The notes beneath the pieces were generated by a model. It saw only the letters and a list, made by a program, of their open reading frames with translations, was not told the origin of the DNA and did not search any database. The position numbers and the translations under genes were made by a program. From Phoronis australis (taxonomy: Eukaryota; Animalia; Phoronida), in contig NMRA01000131.1 in assembly GCA_002633005.1 (NCBI GenBank), forward strand, positions 235,798 to 299,797: a stretch of DNA of 64,000 nt, given 5' to 3'. This document shows positions 12,602 to 26,722 of the stretch, piece after piece; positions within the stretch are counted from its first letter, which is position 1; the number at the start of each line of letters is the position of its first letter.

Positions 12602-14137
12602 ACATTACAGACTAAATCCAGGCAAGTAAACAACCAATAAGGCTGTTTTCACATTCAAATTTCAATCACCAATATTGTGATATTTATCATTGTAAATGGT
12701 AACTTTTTTACTTTCATTCATAAGTTTAATGCTTTGTTACTACCTAAATTATATGACGAAGTCACCTTGTAATGATCACAGTGCATCATAGTGACCTGGT
12801 CAGCGGTCACACAATTTGCTGTCTTGTGGACGCTGTGTGACCCAGTGACCGGGGTCACTCTTCACTTGACCTCGACTCAACACTCCACAATCTCCGAGGT
12901 TGCAATGGATTTGCAATCCTCCACAATATCCCAGGTCAACACGTTTACCTCGCTAAGTCGCTTGCACCGACGTTCGATTTTAGTCATTAAACAGTAATTC
13001 CTGCTGCCGCAGAAGTCAGTGTGGTGCTAATAAAATATATTAAGATATCCTTGAGGAATCACATGTTGGATAGCACCCTTAATGTCAACATACCTTCTAT
13101 TAATTACAACTTGAGTTATTTCTTTTTGTTACAAATGGATCTTCTCAGTTGTTTATGTGAGCATATAAATCCTTAACTGACGATGAATCATAAACATGAC
13201 TTAATTTTGGCGACGAAGTGCAAACATAACCTAATTGTATTATAATCTTACTTTATTTTATTTTTCCCTATTTTTATTTGAACTTGTTTAAAGTTAAATT
13301 TAAAAAAATAGCAAATTTATGAAGCCCTTGCGGTAAGGGAATTTACGGATTTGTGCAGTGTAAATGAGAATTTTTTTGCAAGAAGTCCTTGGTATACTAC
13401 ACCGTAAACACAGGCGTTGTTTGTGCGCAGCATGTTTAGATTCTGATTGAAGAAGGGTTACTAAACTTCCAGTTCCACTGGAGTTGATGTCAAGTGTCGA
13501 TTTGTGATTTATTTACATCAGTCTATTTGCGGATGAGCTGTAACGGGCTCACGTTCATGTTTCCTGGATGAGTTGACTGTGGATATTTTTGTAGATGTAT
13601 TTTAAATAACGGGATTACTCAGGACACGTCTGAAATGTTTTTGCTGTAGGTAGTGAAATGCTTTTGTGTTTTTTGATTCCTTTATTTGTTTTTGTGCCAT
13701 ATTCAAATGTGCTTTTAGAATAAAATTTGTTATAAACACAACCAGTGCTGTAAAGTTCAATGTCATGGGTATGGACGGCTGAGAGTTGGGAGGACATTGC
13801 TTATTTGGCTTTCAACGCCATTACTGTTGTTTGTATTCAGTTGCTCTCCTGAATACCGATCTATGTTCTTAAATTAGCCAGTGTACGCAAAGTCTGGCGT
13901 AAGAATCGAATTTGGTCAATATGTTTGTCTGTTTTTATCGACAGTGAAGTATGTCGCTCTTTGTAGTGACGCGTTGATAACACGGTTTTCTACTTCTTGT
14001 TAATCAACGAAATGTTATTTTGAACTGTTCCGATGTTCTTCCTCAGTTGTAGGGAACTATTTCGTATTGGATGACGTCAGCTTTCACTGATCAATTGTTT
14101 GGTGTCTTCGGAAGCGGAGACTTCTTCGGAATATAAA

Positions 14138-14143
14138 AATAAA
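14138..14143 (+). terminator. Candidate polyadenylation signal of the bZIP gene
   Basis: AATAAA with a downstream GT/T-rich tract. Alternative AATAAA at 13029 and ~13718. Confidence 0.4.
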
Positions 14144-16269
14144 CCCTTTTAACCGTGAAAACGGTATAGCTTTTAACATACACTTTTGGTCATGGTATTT
14201 GTTTTGAGTGTTTTTTGTTCATAGACGGCGAAGGGATATTTGCCTTTCATTTCGTTTTAAATACAACAATGCAACGCGTGCTATAACTTTCCTGTTAGGG
14301 CGTATTTATAGTGCTCATGAAATGTTTAGAGAATCAGTGCTTTATAGACGTGCTTCGCTATGTAGTGCTATTTTATTTTCGCTTAGGTTTTGTTTAGTGA
14401 GAGAGTTAAAGTTATTGCAAAATGTGTATTGTAATGTACCCACTGTTAATCCGTGAATTCGGTCGTGCCATAATGTGGGCTGTATGCAAACCCCTGTATA
14501 TAGATCAACTTGTTCCATTATGTTTTTTTCATTGTTTTCTCTCGTCATTACGCTGTAATAATGAAGATGAAATCTTTTTCATCACATGTAAAATATATGA
14601 CATACTCTGACTTCCGTTTTGTTTAATTTCACAAGTTTTCTAAAAGCACTTGCGCATCAAAGTTCAACTCGCCTAGTTATACCTGCAATGTAGCACACGT
14701 GTTATTCCTGGTAGACGCTATACCTTTGCTTGGGTAAAAGACCAGGTGATGACTAAAGTCGCTGGGCTCGAGATTGGCGATTAGGGTTGCTAAAGTTAAA
14801 CTTAAAATTAAAGTTAAACCGTATTTTTATTTCATACAACGAAACGAATCATGACATTTGATCCGGATACAAAAATTCCCAAAGCCTCATGTCTGTGCAT
14901 TTTTTACTAATAATCGCGCTCTTGATTTTCCGGATGTTAGACAATGCAAGTACACGCGACCTTGGGTATTTTTACCCGCATCTAAGATCAGGATTGGTTT
15001 CGATTTATTAAATAAAACAATCGATTTTTGACCATCTTAATCACTCGGGTTCAACGACTTCAAATACATAACACGTTTTATTTTAAATACGACGATGCCT
15101 AAAATGCAAGCCCTGTTATCGACACATGTGCATTCTCATCAATTTAAGTATAATCGCTGTGAGCATAGGTTTTCCGTGGTCGGCTATATTGTCAGATTAC
15201 GATTTTTATTTTTAACGTCAAAGAGCTATGATTCAAATCACCCAGTAAAGTACACATACAATAGAGAGGATCGAAGGAAAGGGGACGATTTCCCCCATTA
15301 GACTCGGTATAAGCGACAAATGTTCAAATGGGTTGGTACTGAATCTAAGTTCTTAGTGCGTGGGAGATATCAAAATAACTGATGATTTACGGTTGTGAGT
15401 GTCGTCAAAATTTTACCACTTATATTGTTCTGTTTAGAAAGAACGGCAAACCTTTATGTGAACTTATGAGTAAATATGAAGAGTGGGTAATGTTACAATT
15501 TGTATTTAAAACAGAGCAATTACCTTGACTATTGTACAGCGCGTGAGTTCAAAATGTTAAAATAGTCTCTTCCGTCCATTTCAAACAAAACCAGTTCTGA
15601 CAAAAGTTATTCCACAACAATTCTCTTTCCAAATCACATGTTCTTTCAAAATAAACAAGATTTAATCTAAATTTTTAATTTCGTTTTTTTTTTAATTTCT
15701 GGCTGCACATCGACGAAATGGCCGCCGACGACGACTCCGAACTGCACGATAACAAATTTATAAAACAGATAACTAAAAATGCAAATACACACAGGGCTGT
15801 TGATTTCAAAACATTCATATTTCAGAGACTCTTAATGGAATGGTGAAAACGCCAAGGAGAGTGTCTTTAGGAAAAAGTTAAATAATTATATACGCATAGC
15901 ACTATGCTCTGCATTTCGACGTAATTGTAATACACTTCTCATCAATCATTCTAGTGAAAAGTTGTATTTTTAATGAACTGAGCGTAAACGTCAAGGTGTA
16001 AGCCACGCATGACATCAACCCCAATGTAACGCTGTACGGACGTTGACCTGAAACTTTCAAAACGTAACCTTTTTAAAGTGTGTCATTTTCCTGAGTTGGT
16101 ACACTAACACATTGCTCAGCTTATTGATAAAAAGGGATAGGCAGGAGTCACATGACATGTCAATAACGCTGACAGCGTTCCAACTGTTACGTGGAGCTTC
16201 ATTATTCATTTGCGTCGTGCACCAATCAGCGGCAATACGTGGATAATCAAGGATTTAGCAAAGGAACTC

Positions 16270-16340
16270 ATAATGGTAACGATAACAATCATAATAATAA
16301 TAACAACAATAACAATAACAAGAACAATATTAATAACAAA
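16270..16340. repeat. Degenerate (AAT/AAC)n microsatellite
   Basis: Visible directly; explains the poly-N and poly-I ORFs. Confidence 0.85.
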
Positions 16341-17402
16341 TACATGGGAAAGAATACCAATGATAGTGAGTGGTGATTATTTTCATAATTCTGGTCACGA
16401 TTCTGGTTACAACTACATCAATAATATAATGCAAAAAGAAACGTGAAACGTTAGCAAAAACGGTATTAAAATGCATGATGTATCGTCTCGTAACGCGCCC
16501 GGGGGTCACTAAGACAGGAAGAACTGTAGAAAATACCTAACATTGCAAGTAAAATGCAATTTGATGTTAAACAAAGTCGTTGGTAAGTATTATAAAATAA
16601 AATATTGTTCCACCCTCACCATTTTCTTCTCATTCACCAAAGAGACTGGAAATCGAATTTCATAAAAGCATGCACTTTTGAGATATTTTTGATGTTTTGA
16701 TTGAATCTGATGTTGAATCCTGGGTAATATAAACAGAAACTCGATATCAATCAAAGTTTGTTATCAATGATCAATCCTAAGACTAAAGTGAACGCACGTC
16801 AAGTAATGCAATGGTAGCAGTTTAACAAACGATAAAACAACAAAATTTAAACCCAGTCATTACTAAATAAAGCCTGATGTTTGGATTGAGAAAAACACGA
16901 AAATTTGGGTTTATAGGATGAGGTCATGATGGAACGAATAAATATGGCGTCCGTTACTGCAGGTCATCAAAGAATACCGGTCAACTCGAAGGTCAAGAGA
17001 TCGGGACCAAACGGGAACGCAGATTCAGCACGTGTGAAGCAATAGCAAACATCTGGGCGATTTTATTGGTAAATACATGTAAAAATGTTGCCATCAAAGA
17101 AATTCAGTAATCTCACTGGTTTGCACAATAACTTCCAAAAAATAAAAACCAGCATTATCACATGATGGAAGATCAAAATATGAAATGCAGGAAAACAAAA
17201 ACTGATTGATCGGTACATTAGTAGTAAAATGACACAGCGTGTTTTAATAAAAATAATACCGGTGAATATAGGTTTTAAAGCCGGGTCAACGCTTTCATCC
17301 TCACTGATGTATCAGGTCTGAGCACTCTTGTTTCTAAATCACCCACTATCATCATTATGTTTCAATAAATATTGAAGAAACTGATGTCACCCTATTAATT
17401 GA

Positions 17403-17541
17403 ATCTGGCTGTGATGGTGTGAAGTGAAACAACAAAATCTGACTGTGATGGTGTGAAGTGAAACAACAAAATCTGACTGTGATGGTGTGAAGTGAAACAA
17501 CAAAATCTGACTGTGATGGTGTGAGGTGAAATAACAAAATC
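17403..17541. repeat. 34-bp minisatellite, 4 copies
   Basis: ATCTGACTGTGATGGTGTGAAGTGAAACAACAAA starting at 17403, 17437, 17471 and 17505, with no spacers. Confidence 0.95.
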
Positions 17542-20500
17542 CGACGCATTTTCGTCAAAACGCAAAGTCAAGCAATCAGTTTTGAAAACTTATTTCAAGA
17601 AAAAGTTGAACAAACGAGTTAACCGACTAAAAAACTGTGTAGAATCTGTTCTTTGCTCTTAATTTCCAAGAAAATGAACATACGGCGTCGGCGGCGGCAG
17701 TTGTACTGCAGCCGGGGAATTCCTGAAAATGTTATACGAGGGAATTGTGTCCTGCTGTGCGAAAGCATGGTTTTAAGAAAAAAAAGCACTAGTCGAAATC
17801 GAGAAGTACAAAACAGAAGATTTAAACTCATGTACGCTACTTCAGAAAATCTCTTTAGTCTTAAACACCTAAGTTGGATTAATCTTCAGTGGACTGTGCC
17901 CGAGTATTTTGAAAGAAAAAAAAGAAGTGCAATAACGAGTAGAAAATTTGAGTCCACCAAGAGTACGTAATTCGTGAGAATTCCTGCAAACGAAGCATTT
18001 ATGGGAACATGGCCAAACAGTGTAAGCGTGCATCACTCCTTTTAGTGTCAAGCTAAAATGTATCTGCAGAGGACGGGACCAACATCTGAGTTTATCGACG
18101 AAAAAAAATCTTCACATAAAACAACAGTTATTGAAGAATCTATATTCTCGAGTTTTGCTCCACTTTCTAAGACGTTTGTTACGTATCCGAGACTTTTGCC
18201 TCACGGTTACGAGCACTTTAGTGCTGTGAACAATATATAAGTATATTAGGTATGCGTAGATAGCGACAATGCGAGGTAGCCTGCAGCTCTGAATGACACT
18301 TTTCCTACGGGTCAACTTTTGGTTAGATTCCGGGCACCCATTGTTGGCTTGTTGTTACATGCCTTTCTGGTTATTAACATTGTAGAGTTTAACTTTACCA
18401 ATCAAAAAAAGCACTGCCTCGGGTGCAGGTTTTGAGTGTGTAGTGAAAGAATAATACGTTACTGTGTGTTTTCTACTTGCAATAGCTAATTGACCTCCGG
18501 TTCACCCCCTTTTCTATTATGTAACTGAGCATATGCCGCCGGCTAGGAGTGTTAAGCCCTATGTAATCGATGGGAATTCTGCTGACGCAAGTCTTTAAAA
18601 AAAACTCGGAGACTGTGTGCCGCACAACACAATACTGCAACAATACAGTTTCTGTCCCGGGAAGGGTGTAAGATCCCATGGAGCGGGGCATTTTTACCTG
18701 GGGTTCTTGATGGAGATTAGAAAGTTAAAGAGCTGTGAGACCGTTGACACTTCCCGGGCAGGCGAAACCAGGAGACGATTCAAGTATAAATCTTCATTTG
18801 TTTGTGCACTAGTTAAGGTATTTATAGGCAATAAAACAAAGAAATAAAACGTACACACACACAGTTTTGAGAACTTCGCTATGAAATAAGAGAAAATTTG
18901 ATACAGGAAAAGTATGACCAAATAGAGGATTTCTTGTTGCAGGAAATAGGCACTTTGAAATGAAACTGGCAATTTTGAATTGATAAAATTGAAAGTTTTA
19001 TCCACTTTAGTCTAAACCAACCATTATTCTGTACAAACTTTCAAATGAACCCGGCGAAAAAAGTTCCTTTATGGTGTACAAGTTGATATAAGAGATTCCA
19101 GAAACACTAGTGCAGGCCCACATATCATCTGATATATCTTTCTTTGTGACCACTACCGTTCTTACATTTTCATCCTTTAGTATAAGGTACACAAGATTGT
19201 TCATTTGACACTATAAAACAAATGGCAGTGTCGACCTACCACTCAGTAACAATCGTTAAACAAGAGTAATAATTAAATACAAACAGCAGCACGGTCGGGA
19301 TGCTTCTTGCCTGAAGTGTTATATCACCGGGAAAATACCACTCCGGTATCAGCTTTATATAGCCCCCAGTGACCGAAATGCTGCTTGAACGGTCCGGGCT
19401 TGAACAAACTTTATGAGCAAAAAAAAAGCAGTTACTGAGCGCAGATATAGAGGACACGCAAACATTTTCTGCATTCAATCACGTCTACTTAATAAGAATT
19501 TAAAACAATTCGAGCACACACCAGAATGCAAGCTTGCTTCATTATCGCAGCCAGAATGCGATCCAGTCTAGTAGTATAATCGCAGGAAGCCATGTTTATG
19601 TTTTCTTGGTAACAGTAGACCTACCAGAAAATGAATTAGCATTAGGAACCAATAGCAACAACAATAACTTCTAATAGCTCTGCCAACAGGCCATCTCATA
19701 TGCAGTACCCGTGGGACATGTTTTGGGTATGCATGAAAATAAAGACAGGTCACAGGTGAATTGCTTCTTCATTAATCATTATGTGTTGCGCTGCAATATA
19801 AGTACAGGTGCGTTGTGCAATTTAATCACGTGACCCAATTAATGGCAGATTGGTATAACCAAAATCAATTCTACAGGTTTTCTACTTTCAGAAAATACCC
19901 ACGTTTACATAATCACATTTCAAGGTTTTATAAATATTTGAGTAAAATCGCAGACTTGTGGATAAAGTCCCATTTAATCTCCACTCGCATTTCAGTGCAA
20001 GGTTGACAGATACGTGGATTCCAGCTAAAAATCCGGCGTAACAACGAGGGGAACTTCCGGTAGGTGAAATGTATATTCGTAAAGTGAAAGTTCCGCCACA
20101 ACCTAGTACAGTAAATCGTTTTGTAGCTGCTATAAAATTGGTGAATTTCAGCCGACTGTTTTCAATATTTTCATGTTGTAAGTCTGCTTGTAAAGATCAT
20201 GGCCAACACTAGTCCTACTTTTTTCGCAAAATGGCCTCTGTGTTCAACCTCAGCATAATTAGTTTCGTTTTTATTTAATCGGATGGCAGTTTGTTTAAAT
20301 TTTTTTATCATTTTCGTTGCCATGGAAAGCAACGTGCCTATCCAATAAGGACAGTCTTGCAAAAAGTGGTGGCTTTTTGAACCGGTGATATTCCGTCAAT
20401 TTTACTTGCCAATGTACTACGCCGTCTGCTTGAAGAGCGGCGGAAAAAAGATTTGACACATTTTATTTAGCTGAGTAACGTGGGCCCGGGGCGTAGGACT

Positions 20501-21525
20501 ACGTACTTGAAATTCGACTTGAAAGCTGACCAATTTCATGTCACGTTTCTACTGAACTTAAATCTTTAGCGCGACTTGTTAAATTTCAAGTTTGAATCTG
20601 ACATACAATCCTGGACCCAGGTTTATTCCAGCAATGCACACGAGTACGAATGAAATGTGCCGTTAGTAACATTAACTCTATAAATCATAAATTTCTTTCG
20701 TGTGTCGTAGTGTATAACGCAAGCTGAAAAGTGCCTCGACCAAGCTAGCAACATTTCTGTTGGTTTTTCAACTTTCAGGGTTCCCACACTTCAGTCCAGT
20801 TCGTAAGAACTAAAATTCGTTGTTGCTGAAGGCTGCATTCAGTCATTTGGGATTTTAAAGCTCCTGTTAACAAACAAAGCATTATTCAGGTTTACAGTCG
20901 GTCATCACGTCCGCTAGTTGTTTTAGGTATCCAATCATTAATGAGTATGTCGGTTTAAGGAATTTACTTGAAATTTGTCAAACGCACATCGCGACCCATT
21001 TTAGATGTTGCATTTCCGTTTATAGGTCCCCATTTCCGAAGGCAGGCACGAACTCTTGGCAAGTAAAAAAACCGACGTTTTCAAGTTCCGACTATACGAC
21101 TTGGTGATAACTACCAGGTGATGCTTAGAGCCTCGTGTCTCATGTTTGTGAAGGTATTTTTTGTTTTCTTACGTGTTTATTAGCTCCTTCAGTGTCTGAA
21201 ATCAGTGCCGTAAAAAGCAAATGAGCACGTTTCATTTGTTTCACCAATATAGGCTATCACTAATAGCGAGTACCGATATCATTAATACGAATACCAATTT
21301 CGTTATTATTACAATTATTACAGATAATATGATCACTATTACTAATGCTAATACTAAGGTAATATTATCATCATATTACTAGCGAAATTATGAGTCGCAC
21401 TATTGCCATAATTCGAATTCGATTATTTTCATTTCTATTACTAATAAATTTGTTACACATAGGAATGATACAAATGCGTGCAACAATTTCCATTAGTTAT
21501 AGAAATAGTATAATTATCAGTATAA

Positions 21526-21600
21526 CATGGGCGGCGTACCATGGGGGGGGGGGCTAGAGGGGCTATAGCCCCCACATATTTCAGTGCTGCGCCGCCCATG
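21526..21600. mobile_element. 75-bp MITE, 5-bp TSD TATAA
   Basis: TIR CATGGGCGGCG / CGCCGCCCATG; TATAA on both flanks. Confidence 0.9.
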
Positions 21601-24600
21601 TATAAGTAACAGTGAGAACAGCACCAGAAAGCCTAATACTTACACATTACTAGTTCCAAGAATAAAGAGCATTTAGCCATGTTCAGCTAGCGAAAAAACG
21701 AAAACCGAATCAGGCGTCTTACTTTCATAAAACCGTCCCTACAATATTACTGACTGCGATAGGATTTCATTTCCGTTACCAACTCAATCACAATGAGTAC
21801 ATGCGCCGTATTGGAATTTGCAATTTTAAAGTTTGTCAGCCCCAATAAACTCTGAGGCGTTTTCTTGTGTGGTTGATGGCTTCGGCGTTCTTGCAGTTAA
21901 CGGAAAATGAATCCTATCACAATAAGGAGTATTATGACTACTGGGAGAGATTTTACTGAAGTAAAAATCCTAATTCGATGTTCTTTCAGGCCGCTGTACA
22001 GATCGAAATGCAGCTTTAACTTAAACATGAAGTGAAACGCACCCAATAACTGCACTTCAACTGTAATATGGAGAGCGGAGCCACGAGGTACAAAACGAGA
22101 ACTCATTAAGCTGTACTAGAGGTAAGTAATACAAGAATATATCGGAGGTGACCAGTTATATGAGACAGGTGAACTCAGGGCGCCGTTATTGAAGGCAGTT
22201 AATTACTGTTAAAAATAGTTTATTGAACAACGGGCTTAATACAAGACGATATGATCACGAGGTCAATAAGGGATTTGGGCTAGGTATTTTGTACAGCAGT
22301 TTTTGATCAAGAATTCGACTTACAGACGAAATTGCCTAAACGGTGAAGTTTGAAGAAAAAAAAGCAGAATTAGTTCATTTTTGCTAAAAATAACACAGAC
22401 CAGATTAGACGATAAAGTCTTCTTTTTGGAGTTCATATGTTTTCATGGTAGTGCATGTAGAGGTTGGACAGGTAGATTTTTGTAGAAGGTGATTTTTTCG
22501 TATATGTTAAAGTATACGTTTTTTTATATGGGTGGTTTACTAACCGTGTTTGATACGCCTTATAAGTATTTTCACTAGGCGGAAGGCTGAGTGAAAATAC
22601 TCATACGACGCAGCAACCGTATCAAGACGTATGTGGTTTAAAATATGAATACTGCTCACATTAAGAATTCATGTATACTCAGTCACTTCAGAAAATGTAG
22701 GCACCGAATTTTCGCATGTTTGACCAAAATAGGATGGACATGTTTCAGTACAAAACAGCCCGGTTTTCTGACACATGCACCCTCCTCTGCATGCCACGTT
22801 TGGTGGCACTGCACAGTACGCAGCAGCCGCGATCACGTGCAGTTAGGTTTTAGCATAGACTATGCCTCTGCCAAAAAATCAAATTCTAAGATCAGGTCTG
22901 AGTGTAGTTTTGAGGAATACGTTACCTGTAGGTTCAGTGAATCCGCTCTGTATGTATTTGTGAACATGTTGGTAATGAGAAAAGACCAGTTCGACTGAAG
23001 ATGCATTTTTATTCAACTGAGATGGCGGACACCTGCAGCATTTACGTGAAATTTTCGATAATTATTCATAACAAACTAGAAACGCACTTCTCTCATTCCC
23101 GTTTTTAGGTTAGGTCAGTCATTCGTTCAATATGAGATATTTGAAGACATACTTTTAGCGGTATATTGTGTCGCTTTGTGAACGTGAAAATTCGGTGTCA
23201 GTCAAAACTTGGATAAAATTTTCGAACAGTGTCACATTTAATCAATTTATCAAGCTCACCTACAGACAAGAATGGCAAGTAATCAATTGGAAAATAGCCG
23301 TATGTATATACAAGGACAAAGAACAATGTTTACAGTATAATACCTATACGATTAGGCTTAAGATATATCAGAAATGAGGTGTTCTTTCAAAAAAATTAAT
23401 CAAGTGTTTTCATATAAGCGCCTAGATACTGACAACTATCCGTGTTATGAGTGCGTTTTTATTTTAGTCTAAAACTCAAATGTATCTCATACATATGGGT
23501 TTGACGCCTCATTCATGTTATGGGGACAGCTTCATATATCCACGAACTAGTACGGGCAGAAATAAGCGCATGTTAGGTACATTAATACGCAACTACAATA
23601 ATCACAAACTCGCCTAAAATACCATTCAGACCAAAGGGAATCGCGTGGTCTCAAAAAACGGCAAAATGAAATTACGGCTAACATTCAACAGCATAAAACA
23701 ATCTAAACAGTGAGACCGTTAGAAGATATCATGCATGCGTCATTGACGTTAAGATCGCATGTGCATGTAGGATGATAGTCTGACGAAACTTGTTTTCACT
23801 TTGAAATAGTCGTCGGACATATTCAAAACACCGACAAAAATTCTCTTCAACTAAGGTATGGTGACATCTCGGTCATAACGTACCCCGGCGTGAGCCTAAG
23901 TCTGTTGCGCTTGCAGAAAAGGTTTTAACAATTTGCATTAGCATGCATCAATTATCGGATATAAGTACACGGAAAGTTCATACGTTTGTCCAAGGCAATG
24001 AAATCTACAAAGGATTCGACAAAACCTTCGTTTAGTAAGCATGCTGTCCCTTTTGTTTTCGCCCATATGAATCAACTCCTGGTCTGTCAACCAATGAAAA
24101 CACGTTTTCCTTTAATGTGGCCTCTCCGACCCCGGGCCTCCGACTGACCTGGTCGAGATAAACTTGGCTTGTTTAACTTTTGTGACCCATTATTTTTTCA
24201 CCTTATTGCGTAACAGATATACAGCAAACGCTTATCTTAAGACGTTCAAACAGTTCATGACCTCTTTGTGCGGCATGTTCATCTCTTGAATAAATAATTC
24301 AGAGGTCAAGTTCGCCGGGATTGCATAATATCTCGGTCAAAAACAGAACACACTAAGAGTACATGGTTTAGTCAGACTATCTGAGGTTTAAGTCTTACAG
24401 CGATAAGAAGCTATTTTTTCTACATAAGTAAAATTTAAGAAAACAAAATTTATCGACAATTTTTTCACGCCAGTACGTTTTTTCGCGGCTACTGTTAGTT
24501 CGGCTTTCTCCCCACAAGAAAAAACGGTGGGTTAGTGTCGTTTTGTTACTTTGTAACATGTTCGCTTACGAGAACTGTTAGTATTGACGCTTTTCGAGAA

Positions 24601-24648
24601 CGTCGCGATTGGATAGCGCAATTTCATTGTTCGGAACTCTCTCACGCC

Positions 24649-24789
24649 CACACACTCACACACACACACTCACACACACNNNNNNNNNNNNNNNNNNNNN
24701 NNNNNNNNNNNNNNNNNNNNNNNNNNNNNNNNNNNNNNNNNNNNNNNNNNNNNNNNNNNNNNNNNNNNNNNNNNNNNNNNNNNNNNNNN
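24649..24789. other. (CA)n microsatellite running into a 110-N assembly gap (24680-24789)
   Basis: Visible directly. Confidence 0.97.
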
Positions 24790-24804
24790 CCCCCCCCGTC
24801 TTCT

Positions 24805-25030
24805 CATGCGCGCACCCAGCCTAAAAAATGGGGGGCTCGAATTTTTGAGGATGTGGACCATTTACTAAGAAAAACCGGCTTCACAGCTATGAGTTGTGCA
24901 TTTGCCGACTTTATCTAATTCCTCCCTTTTTAGTGGACTTTTCTCTCGTTTTCTACTTTTTCGGAGTTTTTGGTTCTCTGAGGCGGACCTTTAAGTTGGC
25001 CCACTTCGCCCTCCCCTGGGTGCGCGCATG
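24805..25030 (+). mobile_element. MITE family with CATGCGCGCACCCAG TIR
   Basis: Perfect 15-bp TIR; homologous to 25460-25719 and to an inverted fragment ending at 27940. No clear TSD. Confidence 0.8.
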
Positions 25031-25459
25031 ATTGAAACTACTGCCGATTCAAACAAAGTATAAGAACGCGACCTTGCTTTGGAGGAGCAAATACGCCTAA
25101 ACATTTCAGCTGAAGTGAGCTTTTCTCAAATCAACGAGCTTGGGAAAAGTATTACCTAGACAAATCCACTCTGGTTAATGCATCTTATACGTATATAATA
25201 AACCACTCAAAAGAACGCTAAACTGCAGGCCCGTAATCAGCATTGCGAGGGGGGTGGGGGTGGTTCGAATCTTTAGAACGGTGGACCTTTGATATTTTGC
25301 AAACGTTGACACTGTGGAGGTTTTGCTAAGGCAATGGACGCACCTTAATTAGGGGGAAGAGAAATCGGTATACACAAAAATGACTCTCAGCTCTATGTTA
25401 CTGGCATGAGACGGAATTCGTAATACCCTGTACCAGAAATGAGGATGCCGTGACGGTTG

Positions 25460-25719
25460 CATGCGCACACCCAGCCTAAAAAATAGGGGAGTTCGAATTT
25501 TTGAGAATGTGGACCTTTTACTAAAAAACAAAAAATATTCATGGGATACGTTCAGAGTTATGAATTGTGCATTCGCCGAATTTTAGTAGTTCCTGCCTTT
25601 TTAGCGGACATTTGTCTCCTTTTCTACTTTTTTCGGAGTCTTTGTTTCTCTGAAGCGGACCTTTTTGCCCACTTCGCCAAATAGAGGGCCTCGTTTGATC
25701 CCCCGAGCCCCCCATGGGC
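25460..25719 (+). mobile_element. MITE of the CATGCGC family with damaged right TIR, TSD GGTTG
   Basis: Aligns with 24805-25030; GGTTG on both flanks. Confidence 0.75.
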
Positions 25720-26031
25720 GGTTGCTCACAAAGAACGGACTCAAATTCGGATGCAATGTCTAGAAAGAGAACGTTCTTGCGTTAGCTCCTGCCAAACTTT
25801 CAAATCAGGCGTGCTTAAATGAGCGATTACACCTCATTACATACTCGGACGGAAATACATAGTCGCAGAATAACTTTGACAAAATTTTTATCTAGTTGTC
25901 ATTGTGCGTGTTGCTTAAGTTGCTTACATCGCTGGAGATGGGAACAGCACACAATCCCGAAGGTTCACTAGTTTGAAGGCTCACTACTCCGAAGGTTCTC
26001 TACTCTGAAAATCTATAAGGTATCGGACTCA

Positions 26032-26193
26032 CAGTGACGGATTTAGGGGAGGAGGCAAGGGGACCATGCCCACCCCCTTTAAAATTCTTCCAGATTCCAT
26101 TTGACAGTTCGGGGATACGAATGTCTGACGGGCAAAATTCTGACTAATACTCTGCCATGACCCCCTTTACTCAAAATCCTGGATCCGCCCCTG
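26032..26193 (+). mobile_element. MITE, 5-bp TSD ACTCA
   Basis: Termini CAGTGACGGATTTAGG / CCTGGATCCGCCCCTG; ACTCA on both sides; relatives at 28462 and 38553. Confidence 0.88.
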
Positions 26194-26567
26194 ACTCAGG
26201 TGTAATTTCTATACTTTAACATGCAAAAATAAATGATACTTCTGTTATTAGATGCACTGAGTGGTGTACCAATACCGGAAACAACGCCCGGTACTAAAAC
26301 ATTTTGTTTGAGTTTCACGCACACGCGAAATTGCTCGCGTGTCTTACGAATACGGAAAAATTAGTACATACTTGCATTTTTAAAAGAACATGAAGTAGGA
26401 ATATTGATGAACTATCAACCACGATAAATTCATCGAATCCATGTCAAGATCGCATAATTTCACAGCGCGACTGAAAAGTTAAGGGCCGCTGCACCTCAAC
26501 GTCACCCACCGGAACCACGCGCAACGCCAGGTCGAAAATAAACGTACATGTAGATACTAAGCTACCG

Positions 26568-26722
26568 GGCGTGCGTTCAGTAGACGCTAGGACCTACGAT
26601 AGGACCTAGCTAAAACCTAGTCAAAATCACGTGTTCTTATTTAAAATGCACGGCAATATCTCACGTAATCTCGCGAAGTCTTGCTTTTTAGCGAGGTTCT
26701 AGCGTTACTGAACGGTAGGCGG
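26568..26722. mobile_element. Short foldback MITE
   Basis: CGTTCAGTAGACGCTAGGACCT and AGGTTCTAGCGTTACTGAACG are imperfect inverted repeats. Confidence 0.55.

Noticed and set aside
12599-12810. UGA readthrough with a SECIS at ~12753
   Set aside because: AUGA and a GUCAC/GUGAC helix are present, but the 3' GA quartet is not in register; the TGA falls at the expected end of the zipper.
17403-17541. CRISPR-like 34-bp repeats
   Set aside because: Head-to-tail with no spacers, no cas genes, and a eukaryotic context.
18330-19780. Possible integrase relic on the minus strand
   Set aside because: Looks like decayed coding sequence, but I could not identify diagnostic motifs.
24535-24918. ORFs spanning the N run
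   Set aside because: Artefacts of the assembly gap.
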